Positions 19,538 to 20,000 of a stretch of DNA of 20,000 bases are shown here, in pieces. The number at the start of each line of letters is the position of its first letter. Within the stretch, counting starts at the first letter, position 1. The translations under genes were made by a program, and so were the position numbers. The DNA is from Veleropilina oligotropha (lineage: Eukaryota), in contig JBEUKZ010000058.1 of the NCBI GenBank assembly GCA_048128005.1, positions 365,967 to 385,966 on the forward strand, written 5' to 3'. The notes beneath the pieces were generated by a model, which was not told the origin of the DNA, made no database searches, and saw nothing but the letters and a program-made list of their open reading frames with translations.

Positions 19538-20000
19538 GGGGAAATGTCCAAAACCTAGGGTTAGGAACATGAGCCAGCTTCACTGGCTCCAGTGTCAGCT
19601 TCTCTGACTGACACTGGACATGTTCCTAACCCTAGGTTTTGGACATTTCCCCTAGGGTTAGGGTTGACCCACTTAGGGTTAGGGTTGACCTACTTAGGGT
19701 TAGGGTTGACCTACTTAGGGTTTGGGTTGACCCACTTAGGGTTAGGGTTGACCTACTTAGGGTTAGGGTTGACCCACTTAGGGTTAGGGTTGACCTACTT
19801 AGGGTTAGTGTTGACCCACTTAGGGTTAGGGTGACCTACTTTACTTAGGGTTAGGGTTGACCCACTTAGGGTTAGGGTTGACCTACTTAGGGTTAGGATT
19901 GACCTACTTAGGGTTAAGGTTGACCTACTTAGGGTTAGGGTTGACCTACTTAGGGTTGACATGCTTAGGGTTAGGGTTGACCCAATTAGGGTTAGGGTTA
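19190..20000. repeat. Long perfect inverted repeat (arms 19190-19571 and 19619-20000, at least 382 bp) around a 47-nt double-hairpin spacer
   Basis: Position x pairs with 39190-x. Private variants are mirrored: aacctt/aaggtt, aatcct/aggatt, aacact/agtgtt, aacccaaac/gtttgggtt, aagtaaagtagg/cctactttactt, aagcatgtc/gacatgctt. Confidence 0.97.
19653..20000 (-). repeat. Mirror copy of the 21-bp telomere-like array (TTAGGG on the + strand)
   Basis: Reverse complement of 19190-19537. Confidence 0.95.

Larger units (their letters stand above)
13796..20000 (-). mobile_element. Polinton/Maverick (adintovirus-like) derived element, apparently non-autonomous and fold-back; continues beyond the window
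   Basis: AGTAGTAGT terminus interrupting a minisatellite, repeat-rich subterminal region, penton-like and A32-like ATPase genes. No pPolB, integrase, major capsid protein or protease in the visible part. Confidence 0.8.

Noticed and set aside
19572..19618. Palindrome spacer as a PacBio SMRTbell adapter remnant
   Set aside because: It does not resemble the SMRTbell adapter as I recall it (ATCTCTCTC...GAGAGAGAT). Other fold-back artefacts cannot be excluded without reads.
19130..19848. LGLGLTY and VRVDLLR repeat ORFs
   Set aside because: Artefacts of the 21-bp telomere-like unit, identical on both arms of the palindrome.
19188..20000. True chromosome telomere or end-to-end telomere fusion
   Set aside because: Repeats are a regular 21-bp variant unit rather than pure TTAGGG. 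The orientation (CCCTAA then TTAGGG) is opposite to a telomere fusion, and unique structured sequence lies at the axis.

Overview
Repeat-rich, AT-rich eukaryotic (invertebrate, probably mollusc-like; inference from the repeat types) genomic DNA with no host gene I can support. The left two-thirds hold transposon remnants. These are a gag-only Gypsy-type LTR element (1110-3523, minus strand; CATG target-site duplication (TSD), tRNA-Leu primer-binding site (PBS)) nested in a TTAA-MITE whose intact paralogue at 8245-8638 preserves the empty site, two SINEs, a Mutator-type MITE with a 9-bp TSD and a second foldback element inside it, HINE/Helentron-like ends and minisatellites. The right 6.2 kb (13796-20000) is a Polinton/Maverick (adintovirus-like) derived element. 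It starts with AGTAGTAGT and carries only three minus-strand genes: a minimal penton, a basic protein, and a frameshifted A32-like packaging ATPase with zinc fingers and a 38-proline tract. TTAGGG-variant arrays lie on both sides of this gene block. At 19572-19618 a two-eared (T/Y-shaped, parvovirus-ITR-like) hairpin sits at the axis of a perfect inverted duplication that runs off the window end. This suggests a fold-back element with one Polinton-type end and one hairpin end, and it is the most interesting signal here.
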